From positions 1-46,648 of the IMG/VR virus record IMGVR_UViG_3300020045_005985: a DNA stretch of 46,648 bases; one strand, written 5' to 3'. The notes below the pieces were generated by a model that was not told the DNA's origin, did not search any database, and was given only the letters and a program-made list of their open reading frames with translations. Below, piece by piece: positions 1 to 11,100 of this stretch. The first letter of the stretch is position 1. The number at the start of each line of letters is the position of its first letter. The position numbers were made by a program, and so were the translations under genes. This stretch comes from a virus. Taxonomy: Duplodnaviria; Caudoviricetes.

Positions 1-121
1 TAATGGTAATTTCGTATTCTGCTTTAAGCTTTACCCATGTTTCAACTATCGCAGGGTATGTTACTCCCCCTATAGTTCTTTCTGGGTGTATCTCCTTCTC
101 AAACTCACCAATTACCAAGGA
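1..121. repeat. Terminal overlap, left copy (identical to 46528-46648)
   Basis: Exact 121-bp match taatggtaat...attaccaagga lying inside a CDS, typical of an assembler circular overlap. Confidence 0.95.
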
Positions 122-277
122 GTCATGGTAGTTACCTTGTGCTAAAGGATCTTTCTTCTTTGGACATTCCATTGCTGGTTTGCCCCAAATAGAAGAAACC
201 TCATACTCTCCTGTTTCTGATTGCAAGTTAGCAATAAGCTCTTTAGTAATTGTGTTGTAAACTTTTATGTCTTTCAT
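1..277 (-). CDS. 5' part of a 193-aa protein spanning the junction (continues 46527 to 46223); possible fibre-associated protein or chaperone
   Basis: ATG at 277 (MKDIKVYNTITKELIANL...) is in frame with the 46223..46645 ORF and starts just after the fibre stop codon. Confidence 0.8.
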   Translation of the reverse strand, partial: MKDIKVYNTITKELIANLQSETGEYEVSSIWGKPAMECPKKKDPLAQGNYHDSLVIGEFEKEIHPERTIGGVTYPAIVETWVKLKAEYEITI

Positions 278-279
278 AT

Positions 280-3200
280 TTATATCCTATCTATGCTGAA
301 GTAGTGGGACGTTGTAACATTGTCTAGTGTTATTCCTGCGCTTGCCCTTAGTGAAACCGTGTCTCCTTGATTTAGTCTGAGCGTGGCTGACAACTGTCTT
401 ACTTGGCTGCTAGTCTCGGCAACACCTGCAAATACGTTTGCTACAGTATTGACATAAACCTGTACATGATAAGCACTCGACGCATTTGCTCTAACCATCC
501 CAGTAAGAAGATATCTTCCACTAGCAGGAGCAGTAAATATACTTCCACTCCAAGCACCGTGAGAGTCAGAGGTTTCTGTAAAATCTATATTGGTAACATT
601 TGCAGTACAAACAGTTGAACCATTCCCAGCACCACTAGCATATACACTCTCACTAGCCGCCATAGTCTGTGAACCTACGTTGGATTTTTTGATAGTCATG
701 TGATGTAAGCCAGCATCGTTTACCACAGTAATGGTTTGGTTAAACCTAAAATCAATATAGTCATTCTTTTGTAAAACTACAGTTCCATTAAGCTCAAAGA
801 TTACGCTAGTTGAGGAAGCTGGAGCGGTCACTGTCCTAAGGTATGAGCCATTTTTATTCATGTTTACTAATAGTGAGGAATTGGCAGCACTAACATAAAC
901 TAGCCCATTAAAATCATACGTTCCAGTCTCCGGAGCTGTAAATTTAGTACCGTCCCACCCTGACCCTGCGCTATTAGAAACTGTGATAAACGGTATCTGC
1001 CCCGAAGTAGCAGTTACAGATTGTCCTGCGTTTCCTGCTGCTATGGACAAAATCTCCTTGTTCATCATAGTCTCGCTCATGACTACACCGGAAGACCATC
1101 CAGCAACCGGTACTTTAGCGAAGAAAGAGATATAGCTATTATTAGTAAGGATATCGTTACCGTTTAGTGGGGTAAGTCCTGAGTGGCTTGCATCTTGGAA
1201 ACCTACGTTAAAGTAAGTGTCGCCACCAGTTCCTAACATCACATACTGGCTAGCAGCCGCCACAGTAGAAGATCCGAAACCTACTGTTGTAACAGAAGCG
1301 TTTTTAGTAGTATCTATAGTTAGCCCAGCAGGTAGCCCTATTTGAACCTCTGATGCTACTACCGTTCCTGCTTGAACGTATCCTTTCACTTCTACCGAGT
1401 CACCAACACGACGATAGTACATTTCACTTGATGAGATAGTACCAAGTCCAGATACAGTCGGGACATAAGCTTCCCAAGGTGTAACAGGCGCACCATTCAC
1501 AATCTTCTGATCGTTAACTTGTACGTTATCAAATTGAACAGTGTAAGCCGCTGCGTTTGTGGATTGAACATGGAATATTAAACGATATGAAGTAGAGTTG
1601 TAAGATGTCTGGAAACTAGCTGCAAACTTACCATTTGTTCCACCTATCAAGTTAACTGGTACTGAGGCAAGAAGAACAGAATTAGTCACATCGTAAACAT
1701 AAATTCCAATGTCGTTGTCTGCGTAATTTGCTGAAGTAGTCGCTTGGAAATTGATTGTCTGTACAGTCGCTTGATCGCCAGTATCTATTGAGAAATCGTA
1801 TGAGACTCCTTCTCCTTGGGCATCGTTTGCGGATTTAGTAATCAGGAAGTCGGCCAAGCCACGAAGAGGGCCAGTAGTGTTTCTTGCAAACGATAAGTCA
1901 GTAAGAGAACCACCTGTACCGTTAACAGGAGCAGCTACCGAACCATCATTGTAACCTGCCCAACCTGTAGTATCTCTCTCAGCGTTACTATTTGTAATAT
2001 AAGAGAAAACTCCTGCCTTAGCGTAAACGTCTTTCCCAATTTCTACTCTATCTGCCGTTACTATTGCACCCTTGGTGGCGTTACTAGTTGAAGATAAAGT
2101 AAGGTCGTTAGAAGCAGCCGTTCCACCGATAAGAGTTTGTCCACCTGATCGTCCTGCGAGTAGAGCGTATTGAGTAAATATATCAGAAGTGTTGTCAACA
2201 AATTCTAAAGCACTAACACCAGCGTTTACTCTTACTATATCTAAAGCAGCACCAGTATATGCCGCAGGAGTATCGGTAAGGGCCAAGAAATTGGTTGCAC
2301 CAGCACCAGCGGCAATTTGAGTCTCTACACCTGCACTAGTTAAAGTGTAAAAATATCCGTCAGCCTTTGGATAAATTTTCATATATCCAGCAGCAGGGTT
2401 GGCAGGAGTGGCAACAGTTTGCATTGTGATAGGATCGTCGAACGTCTTATTGGTGAACGTTACAGTACCAGTAAGCCAGTTGAAAAACTCTAAAGCACTC
2501 TCACCAGCGTTAACTCTTACCATGTATCCAGCAGAACTTACAAAAGTGGCAGGAGTATCGGTTAAAAGGGTAAACTCAGATACTCCTGAACCACCTGTAC
2601 TAGTACCAAACATAGGACGTATATCGATCCATTGAGAAGACGTTGAGGCAGGGAAAGCTGTCGCATTACCTCTAAGTACCAAGGCACTAGAAGGAGCAAT
2701 CTCTCTAAGACCTGGCGGTAGGGTAGGACAAGCATCCGCTATAGCGTCAGCTAACTGAACGTGACCTGTGGTCGGATAAACCCAATGAATACGACTATCG
2801 GAAGCAACATAAAAACATGACTTGTAATACTGAGCAGCTACTACCGCTGCTAGGTTTGTACCATTGTTATATTGTGTAGTATTGATTTGAGCATTTGTAT
2901 CACTATCCCAAGCACCTGCTACTTTATAGTGTCTAACCATAGCTGTCGTTCTGGATACTAATGAAGAAGTGGTTATCTCTTTATGAGCATCTAAATAATA
3001 CTCACCAGCAGAGGCCGCTACGTCCCAAACATTCGTTACGTCAGTGTCCTCAGATACGACTACCCCTTCAGCTACAGCCACCGGAAATAACTCTTCAAGA
3101 CCATGAGTTATGGCAGCTTCACGAGTGTTTAAAGCCTCTTCTTGATGTAAAAATACAATGTCACCATCTTGGCATCCAATAGTAGCTACACGCACTTGTG

Positions 3201-4197
3201 GGAAAGCAGGTTTAGTAGTGGATAAAGTAAGGGTTGCGGTAGAGTCCCAGTAAAGATAATTAACAGCGTTATTGGTACAGCTAGCACTCCCAGCGTTTAT
3301 TTCTACCGGAAGTTTTGTTGTAATGTCGTAAATAGTACCGGTACTCCAAGAGAACGCAAGACCGCCATCGTCTGTTAAAGAGATGGTACGGAAAATTCCT
3401 TGGTTATTGATACGGTTAAACACATTCGTTACAGAGTCTAAAGCATATACTTGAACGTTTGAAGCATCACTGTAGTCGCTTAATTGAATCCATTCGTTGT
3501 TTCCAAGATCGGTAGCAAATGTTCCTGAAGTGTGATTTGTTAGTGCTAAATACACCAAGTTATTATTATGAATAACATCACCTATTGCGTAAACTGTAGC
3601 TGTAAGCCATGCGGATATTCCACCACCGCCACCTACATCAACCCAACCTGTTCCATTATAAACGTTAAGTTTTGCGCTAGTTGTGTTGAAAACACAAAGC
3701 CCAGTAGCAGGAGTACCTATAACACCTCTTTGAACCTCTGTCATAGCCGGACAAGGACGAGAACCCTTGGTGGTTGAAGCTACGTTAAATATTGCAGAAG
3801 AAGGAAGAACCGCACCGATGGTTGCAGTATCAAAAATCATATCGGATCGGTTAACCCAATTAGTACCATCCCAAACTAGCATGTCATTCGCTACCGCTCC
3901 GGTAATGTCAACATCACCAAGACCGCTAACAGATGCTAAACCTGCATCAACATAAGCTTTTATGCTTTGTTGAGTAACCAAGGCAGTAGGAGAGTCAGAA
4001 GCTAAGTCATCCTCGTCCAACACATCGTCCACTGTCACCGAGCTAGAGTTAATTATGACAGGAGCAGTAATCTCAATATTACCGCCTGTGGCGTTAGGAG
4101 CTATTGCATCGGTTTTAATAGTCCGTAAAGACTGAGTAAAAACTAAAGTTGATAAGCTGATAAGTATAAAAATTACTAATAGTTTGATTTTTTTCAT
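280..4197 (-). CDS. Large mosaic fibre/adhesin, 1305 aa, with signal peptide, CBM5/12-like module and two C-terminal C1q-like domains
   Basis: MKKIKLLVIFILISLSTLVFT leader; fibre motifs DEDDLASDSPTALVTQQSIKAYVD, LGDVDIT...MLVWDGTNWVN, FxxLTDTP...VRVNAGxSALEF x2; WLTATVYAIGDVI..NNLVY; FTAPETGTYDF and FTAPASGRYLL. Confidence 0.85.
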   Translation of the reverse strand: MKKIKLLVIFILISLSTLVFTQSLRTIKTDAIAPNATGGNIEITAPVIINSSSVTVDDVLDEDDLASDSPTALVTQQSIKAYVDAGLASVSGLGDVDITGAVANDMLVWDGTNWVNRSDMIFDTATIGAVLPSSAIFNVASTTKGSRPCPAMTEVQRGVIGTPATGLCVFNTTSAKLNVYNGTGWVDVGGGGGISAWLTATVYAIGDVIHNNNLVYLALTNHTSGTFATDLGNNEWIQLSDYSDASNVQVYALDSVTNVFNRINNQGIFRTISLTDDGGLAFSWSTGTIYDITTKLPVEINAGSASCTNNAVNYLYWDSTATLTLSTTKPAFPQVRVATIGCQDGDIVFLHQEEALNTREAAITHGLEELFPVAVAEGVVVSEDTDVTNVWDVAASAGEYYLDAHKEITTSSLVSRTTAMVRHYKVAGAWDSDTNAQINTTQYNNGTNLAAVVAAQYYKSCFYVASDSRIHWVYPTTGHVQLADAIADACPTLPPGLREIAPSSALVLRGNATAFPASTSSQWIDIRPMFGTSTGGSGVSEFTLLTDTPATFVSSAGYMVRVNAGESALEFFNWLTGTVTFTNKTFDDPITMQTVATPANPAAGYMKIYPKADGYFYTLTSAGVETQIAAGAGATNFLALTDTPAAYTGAALDIVRVNAGVSALEFVDNTSDIFTQYALLAGRSGGQTLIGGTAASNDLTLSSTSNATKGAIVTADRVEIGKDVYAKAGVFSYITNSNAERDTTGWAGYNDGSVAAPVNGTGGSLTDLSFARNTTGPLRGLADFLITKSANDAQGEGVSYDFSIDTGDQATVQTINFQATTSANYADNDIGIYVYDVTNSVLLASVPVNLIGGTNGKFAASFQTSYNSTSYRLIFHVQSTNAAAYTVQFDNVQVNDQKIVNGAPVTPWEAYVPTVSGLGTISSSEMYYRRVGDSVEVKGYVQAGTVVASEVQIGLPAGLTIDTTKNASVTTVGFGSSTVAAASQYVMLGTGGDTYFNVGFQDASHSGLTPLNGNDILTNNSYISFFAKVPVAGWSSGVVMSETMMNKEILSIAAGNAGQSVTATSGQIPFITVSNSAGSGWDGTKFTAPETGTYDFNGLVYVSAANSSLLVNMNKNGSYLRTVTAPASSTSVIFELNGTVVLQKNDYIDFRFNQTITVVNDAGLHHMTIKKSNVGSQTMAASESVYASGAGNGSTVCTANVTNIDFTETSDSHGAWSGSIFTAPASGRYLLTGMVRANASSAYHVQVYVNTVANVFAGVAETSSQVRQLSATLRLNQGDTVSLRASAGITLDNVTTSHYFSIDRI

Positions 4198-4198
4198 T

Positions 4199-5128
4199 TT
4201 AATTCCTTGCTAATTCCCAATATCTTTGTTCTGCGGAGTCATAAACTAGCGTTAAAGTGTCGTTAAGCCCTAGAGTACAGTCACCATTCAACATGCAACC
4301 ACCGTTACCGTCACTATAAGGAATTGTTAAAGTATTGGTATTGCTTGTACCTCTTAGAAAAATAATTGTTCCATCACTGGGTGGAGAACTAAAAGGAGAG
4401 TTTGCAACAGTTTGCGCACCACTGTTTCCTTGGACTTTTAAGAATTGTTGTATTGCTGCGTTGATAGTAATTGTTCCACCGCTTGCAATGCTTTGAAGTG
4501 CTGAAACATACATTCCACCACCAACCAAGGAAGCAACCCAAGTAGTTCCATTCCAAACCGCTAGTTGTCCTATTACGCTTGCAGTTGGGAAAACTCTTGC
4601 AGCTAGTTCGGCAATGGTAAAACCATATTCAAACCCATCTCCACCATCTGTTACTTTTAAATACCTACCGTCAGCGTCAGTAACCCCAGGAGGGAATTGA
4701 GTATCGAATGTTTCTTCGTTGTCAGCGTCATGTATTCTTAGAGATTGTTTACCTCTATAAGCTAATCGCTGTATTGCACCTGCCAAGAAATCCATTGCTG
4801 TTTCAATTACTTTTAACGAGAAACTTCCTTTGTTTCTAAATTCGTGTGCTTGTGTTGGAGCATCGTTAGCTAGAAGCAAAATTAAGGTGTATCCAGCGGT
4901 TAAGTTACTTGTCAGATTGACAGTACCTCCACCTTCTACAGCATCATAGGTAACACTACTTAAATAAGTAGTATCAGTACCTAGCACTCTTTGAGTCTCA
5001 GCACCAGTATCGTCTATTTCAACGACTAGTAACTGCGATTTTGCCTCAATTTTAAAGTTAAAAGTATAGGCCGATAATGAGCCTGTACCAAGGTATGTTT
5101 CTTTCGGAGCGTAAGTTGTTCGTGACAT
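4199..5128 (-). CDS. Short tail fibre/adaptor with a T7 gp17-like N-terminal virion-anchoring domain
   Basis: N-terminal YLGTGSLSAYTFNFKI...GGTVNL...IETAMDFLAGAIQRL pattern; position after the ejection proteins. Confidence 0.8.
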   Translation of the reverse strand: MSRTTYAPKETYLGTGSLSAYTFNFKIEAKSQLLVVEIDDTGAETQRVLGTDTTYLSSVTYDAVEGGGTVNLTSNLTAGYTLILLLANDAPTQAHEFRNKGSFSLKVIETAMDFLAGAIQRLAYRGKQSLRIHDADNEETFDTQFPPGVTDADGRYLKVTDGGDGFEYGFTIAELAARVFPTASVIGQLAVWNGTTWVASLVGGGMYVSALQSIASGGTITINAAIQQFLKVQGNSGAQTVANSPFSSPPSDGTIIFLRGTSNTNTLTIPYSDGNGGCMLNGDCTLGLNDTLTLVYDSAEQRYWELARN

Positions 5129-5148
5129 AATAAAATCCTTTCATTAAC

Positions 5149-8100
5149 CTATTTTAATGTCAATTTATTTATCTTTTCTATTTTCTGCCTAACAAATTTT
5201 CTCACTTGTCCAACAGTTTTAAAACCCTCAAATAATTTTTTATTCTCTACTACATTGGTCAGCTTCTCGTTATCGTTAGACATCAGTATTGAAACATAGT
5301 CGTCTAATCCAAATCTATGCGCTCCATACAAGTTTGCGTTATCAACTTCAACTTGGTAATTTGCAAGCCCACGAGCATTTTGCTCTAAACTATATTTCAT
5401 TGCTTTTTCTTGTTCACCTGGATCTTTAGAAACTCTTCCATCTTCCGTCAAACCAAGGTCAGGGTTTTCTTCTGAGATTTCTTTCCATCTCTCTTCGGTG
5501 AATTGATAGACACCAGCACCACCAGTAACAGGATCTAACGCTTTCCAATCGTCTGTCTTAAGTACTTCCATGCTGTCTTCTGGAATCAAATTCTCCATAC
5601 TTGCACCAGTATTAGGAGCGTATTCTGCTTGGATTTCTTTAAGTGCAGCAATCGTTTCTTGAGCTTTTGGATCATCTTTATGTTTTTCACTAAACTTATC
5701 AATATCTTCAGATAACCCGACTATTTCCCTTTGAACATAATTCATAAAGTTTTCTGGTATTGATGTTTCTTGAATAAAAGTATTAATTTCCATTAGTCCT
5801 TTTACAGGGAATCCACCAACCAAATAACTTCCACTGAACAATAAACCTCTAATTTCTTTTTTGCTTAATTCGTTTCCGTTCATCCACTCACGAACTCCAA
5901 CTATTCCTTGAACTACGTCTGTGAAAGTTTGAGTAATCGGAAAGTTAACTCGACCATAACCACCTACCGCAAATTGAATATCTCTTACAAGAGGTACAGA
6001 ACTAGCGAAACCTTCAATTGGAGCTGTTGCAACATAAGAAGCAGTATTAGATAAAAATTTTCCAAAATCTCCCATATTTTCTACATTTGCCAAGTCTGTA
6101 ATCGGTGTTTCTTCATCTCTAAGAGTATCAATATATAACTTGGTTAAAGTGTAAGTGGTGAGTAATGCTCCGAGGTCTAAGGCAGCATTTTTAGCGTATA
6201 AAGCTGCTTTACCTGTATCGCCTGACTTGTAAGCAGATACCGCTTCTTTAGATTTTCCAAGAATTTTACGGTTTTGAGAAGTAAAAGTGTTAGCTTGCGA
6301 TCTTAAGTCAGTATAAAACCTTGTAAACATTCTCATTTGCCCTATTTTCTCAAGAGCATTTTTGTCTATGTTGGCACTTGTAGTAAGGGCCAAGTCTGCC
6401 ATTTGTTTTGCATAATTTTTACCAGCAACCTGTATTTCTTCAGGAGTCATTTTGTCTAGTTTGCTTTGAGGGAAATTCTCAACTGCACCATCTACAAACT
6501 GAGCGTATGCCGCATGTGTCGCAAGTACCTTGTTGTAAATGTCCATCTTTTTAAGACCATACATTGCTGCTTCTACGAAAAGTTCTTTACCCTTTTTGAG
6601 CATGGCCAATTTATTAGCATAAGGTGTGTTATTTGATTTAGGTATCAAGTCGTATTGTGATTTTACTAAACTGTCGTCTATGGAGTCTTGGTTAAACTTA
6701 AGATCAGGATTAATTTCAATAGCATGTTCGTATAATTTGTTAAAACTACCGTCAACCAAACTTTTCAATACTTGACCTGTTGATTTAAGAAGATATGTAG
6801 GGCCGTTTCTTCCCAGTCTTAAACTTGCAGAAAACATTGATAAAGGTTGCATTAAAACAGAACTTAGTTTAAATCCAAGAGTCCCAACACTAAAACCTTG
6901 TTCAAGGTGTTTAAACAAATTCTCTACAGCCTTTCTTTCACCAGCGTAAGGACTAAGAATATCTTCACCATGGTTTTGTCCAACAGTCTCAATTACTCCG
7001 CTTGTCATTGTATTGTATTTTTCAACCCCGACAGTAGAAATAATAGCGTTACTGTATATTGGATTTTTTAAAAGTTTTAAAACGTCTGATCCAGACTCTC
7101 GATATGCCAAGTCATGGATATGTTCTTCAAATGCTCCGATAAATGTTCTAAAATCTGTGTCTAAAGGTCTTGAAGATTTTTTTCTATCAATTAGTCGCCC
7201 TTGTTCAGTCATTTCAGCAGATCTTAGTAGACTGTAAAGTTTCCCTTCTTCTCCCTCACCAAACATTGATACAGACTTATCTCCTAGTACTTCTAAAAAT
7301 CTTGACGCTCTCTCTGTTGGGGACGTTGCTAAATAATCAAGAGGAACATAACCACCCTCGTAAACTCTCCCTCGGTGAGTAAAAGGAACTCCTTTAACCA
7401 TGTTAGGTTTTACTCCGGTTGTTCGTTCGTGTAAGTCCATGGCTTCTTGTTCAAAACTTTTAAAAATATTTATATAGTTTTGAACAAGCTGAGCATCCTT
7501 GCTTGTTAATACCCTATCTAAGACTATTTCAACAGACTCAACAGTCATTGCTTCACCTGTTGTAGCATTTTTAAAATTTTGAATTCTTTCTCTAGCGGTA
7601 GGATCACCAAGATTTGACATTAATCGCCAAAGGTCTGACTTTGCTAATTTACCGTTACCTAAATGTTCGTATCCTTTAAACTCTGGTATTTCTATAAACT
7701 CGTTAAAAGCTGCGGTAAACTCTTTTTCTCCATAAGCAGCAATGATTTTCTTTTGTTGGTTTACAACATCAAGATTTCTTTGTCTTTCAAAAGTTTCTGA
7801 ATTAATCATTGGTTGAGCTAAAATATTGTAATGTTTTTCACCTAACCGTTCTTTATCTAGAGTGGTAACAACATTTTTGAAGTTACTTATCATCGAACTA
7901 AACTTTCCAAAAAGCTCTCTTGATCTTTGTGTTACGTCTTTTGAATTTTTATTTTTAACAGCTAATAGTCTTTTTTCATCGTATGATGGATGGTTTTGAA
8001 GGTCTAAAACAGCATCTTCAACTATTGCAGCTTCCGTTTCAATTTGATTCATTTTCTCACGTTTTTCAAGTTTCTTAAGAAGTTTGTTTTTAAGTTTCGC

Positions 8101-11100
8101 TTGATGTTCGAGAGTTTGTAATCTTTCAGTTACTCTTAGATATTGTTCAACTGTTAGGTCTTTTCCTCTTTGTCTTATATCTGCTAACTCTTCTGGAACA
8201 ACAATGCTTTCTCCTTGGTCGTTTAACTTTTGTAAATACTCGAAATATGAGTCTCTACGAACAGCTTTGGAGTCAGTACCAATAAGATCAAATAGACCAA
8301 GGATTTCATTTACTTTATTCAGTAACCCGGATTTTTTAAGAGTGTTTATTCCTTCTTTACTTGAGATTCTTTTAATTACATCTCTAGCGTTATCAATGGC
8401 ATCTCTAGCTTTTAGTGACTCTCTAGTTAATTCGACATTTAACATGCCTTTTTCTTTCGCTACAAACGCCTGTTCTACTTCATTTTTTAAAATATGATTA
8501 GCTGCTTTTATTTGAAGACTTTTTTCAGCAGCGTTATATTGTCTAGGTCTTAAGTCAGCTACTCTTGTGTTAGCGATAACTTTTCTTGCTGTGTTGTTTA
8601 ATTCTGCAATTTTAGGTAGAGGTAGCATTACTTTCTTAATACCTAGTTTTTCGCCTGGCCACTCCTTGGTTCGCATAAATTCCACTTCTTTAAGGTGAGC
8701 AGCATTAAGATCATCAAATATTTTGTTTCTTCTCTCTTCCACATTAACGGATCGAGATTCTTTTACCATTTTTCTTATCTCGACAGATCTAGCTTTACGT
8801 TGAGCTATTAACTCGTTTCTACTAGGAGCGTTTGCTAGTATTTTAAGTAAAGTCTCTCCGTCCTTTACACCTGCCAAGGTTGCAGCTTCATCAGGAGTTA
8901 TTCCACCCTCTACGAATACTTTGCGCTTTATAAGCTTTGGTTCGGTTATATAAGCTTCTCTGAGGTTATCAGGAAGATACTTAGGATCAATTGCAAGTGG
9001 TGAGTATGAGGTTTTCTTGGTCGTTTTAGAAGGTGTTTCAACCTTTTCTTTTAAATTTTTAAATACCTTCTCAGCTTCTTTTTTAGCTTCTTCTAAAGTG
9101 CTAAAGCTTTTTACGTCTTCGCTTGTGTATCCGTCTGTAGTATTTACTTGGTAATTGTTTTCTCCTACTTTATTAACTTGAATTTCGTTAACTCGTCCGG
9201 GTTGATTCTTTACTCCATCTTTGTATTCTACCGTAAGGTAATTTGTGTTTTGGTTTAAATTACTAAGTTCTTGCCAGTTAATCTTCTCGGCTTTCTCACC
9301 TTTCATAGGTTTGAATTTATCAACTACTTTTAAATCTGTTTCAATTTTCTTTAGTTGAATTTCTTTTTCTATCTTCTCGTTTAACTTAACAACTTTATTT
9401 TCAATTCTCTGTTCTCTAGCGTCAAAGTCTTGTATTGATAAGTCTGCTACAGCTATTCTTGCTGCTCTTTGAGCGATGTTTAAAGCCTCTACTTGCTTGT
9501 CGGGAACGACTCCCTCTATGTTCTCTGTAAATGTAACAGCGTCATTTATATACCCCATTACACCAGCACCTCTGGTACTCTCTTCTATCTCTTTGTCTAA
9601 ATCCAACATCATCTTGGTTTGTTCTGGACTTAACTCCTCACCTTTACCAAGAGAAGAAAAGATTTCTTGACGTTTAAGTTGAGCGTTATTGAACCTTTCT
9701 AATAGGTTTTTACTTTCTAGCGGATTTGGAGCTTCAGGATGTAATCTTGCGAAGTCTGCCACTGTTGGCGCATCGTCAACAAGATCTAAAAATTGATGAG
9801 ACTCTAAACCAACAAAGGACTCTGTTTTGTTTCTTGATCCTTCCGTCATATCCATTTCTATGATTCTAGCGGCAATCTCTGGGTTTGATGTTTTTAAAGT
9901 AGCAATGTCCTCTTGACTGAACCATATTTTCTCGGTATATCCTGCCTCTGTAAAAGCTTGCTTTCTAAATTCACTCATTTGTTCAGGTGACATTCTTTTA
10001 AGATCAGTATCTAAAGAAGCTTTTGACATCTTAACGATTTCTTCTTTATTATTCAAAGCTCTTAAAGCTTCATTAATTACATTTTTTTGAGATTCTTGGT
10101 TTCTAATTTTAGCGTTACTTTTCTCATAAGTACTCTTTATTTTTGGTGAAGTTACTGCACCAGTAGCAAAGGCCGCTCCACCACCTGCGGTCGCACCTAC
10201 AGCGGCCGTCATTGTAAGACGTTTCCTAGTCTCAGGATCTTTTGCGATTTGTTCAATTGTTGTCCAAATTGCATTTAATAAACCAGCTTCGGATTTGTGT
10301 CCTTTTGCGTAATTCTCACTAACAATTGACGCAATCTCAGAAGATGTTTCTTCTATGGAACTAATTCCTCCTGTCTTTACTGTATGGCCCAGAACGTCTA
10401 ATGCCGTTTTTAACCCTGTATTTGTAACAATCTGATTCATGACCTTTTTGCTTGCAAGTTTACCTAATCCAAAAGTTAAAGCTCCTCCGGTTGCTGTTTC
10501 AAGTACTCCTGATGTTATACCCAATGCAACAGATATATTGCTCTTGGTATTTTCTGAAAGATTTAAAGGTAATCCGTCTTCACCGGTCATTCTACCTAAT
10601 TGGTCGTAACTAGAGTCTGCAATTCTCTCGTAAGCGTCTTTACCGAAAGCAGAGGTTAAACCTAATCCAAAACCTGTAGCAGCTCCTCCAAGAACAGTTA
10701 CAGGAGCAAAAGTTACTCCTGAAAGCCCAACTGCTGCACCTGCCAAGGTGGTTGAACCAATTAGTGCTTTGTTGTTTCCAACTGCGCTAACCATGTCTGC
10801 CACTACCGTAGCCGCTTGACCAGGAATTTGTTCGTATCCTTCTAACTCGAAAGAACTTATTTTTTCATCTCTTTCACTTATTAAATTTGTTAGATATTCT
10901 TCTTCATGCTCAGGAAGTTTACCTTCTTTTCTTTTTCTTTTAAATAAATCACGAATTTCTAACTCGTCACTTCTACCTGACCATAAGTTATAAGAAATAA
11001 AACCAGCGTGTTTTGCTATTTTATCTAAAATTCCAACTTCCCCTTCTACCACCTTGGCATGATTAGACGACTTACTAGCGTAAGATTTTAAAGCAGGACT

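Noticed and set aside
1-121. 121-bp terminal repeat as a biological direct terminal repeat
   Set aside because: It falls in the middle of a CDS and looks like an assembler overlap; real ends more plausibly lie in the 26.1-27.4 kb non-coding hub.
280-5128. Diversity-generating retroelement, expected from the BPP-1-like architecture
   Set aside because: No reverse transcriptase, Avd or adenine-variable TR/VR pair was seen, and the fibre tip is C1q-like rather than C-type lectin.
5135-5163. Internal promoter for the fibre genes (TTGACA on the minus strand)
   Set aside because: No convincing -10 hexamer at 16-18 bp spacing.
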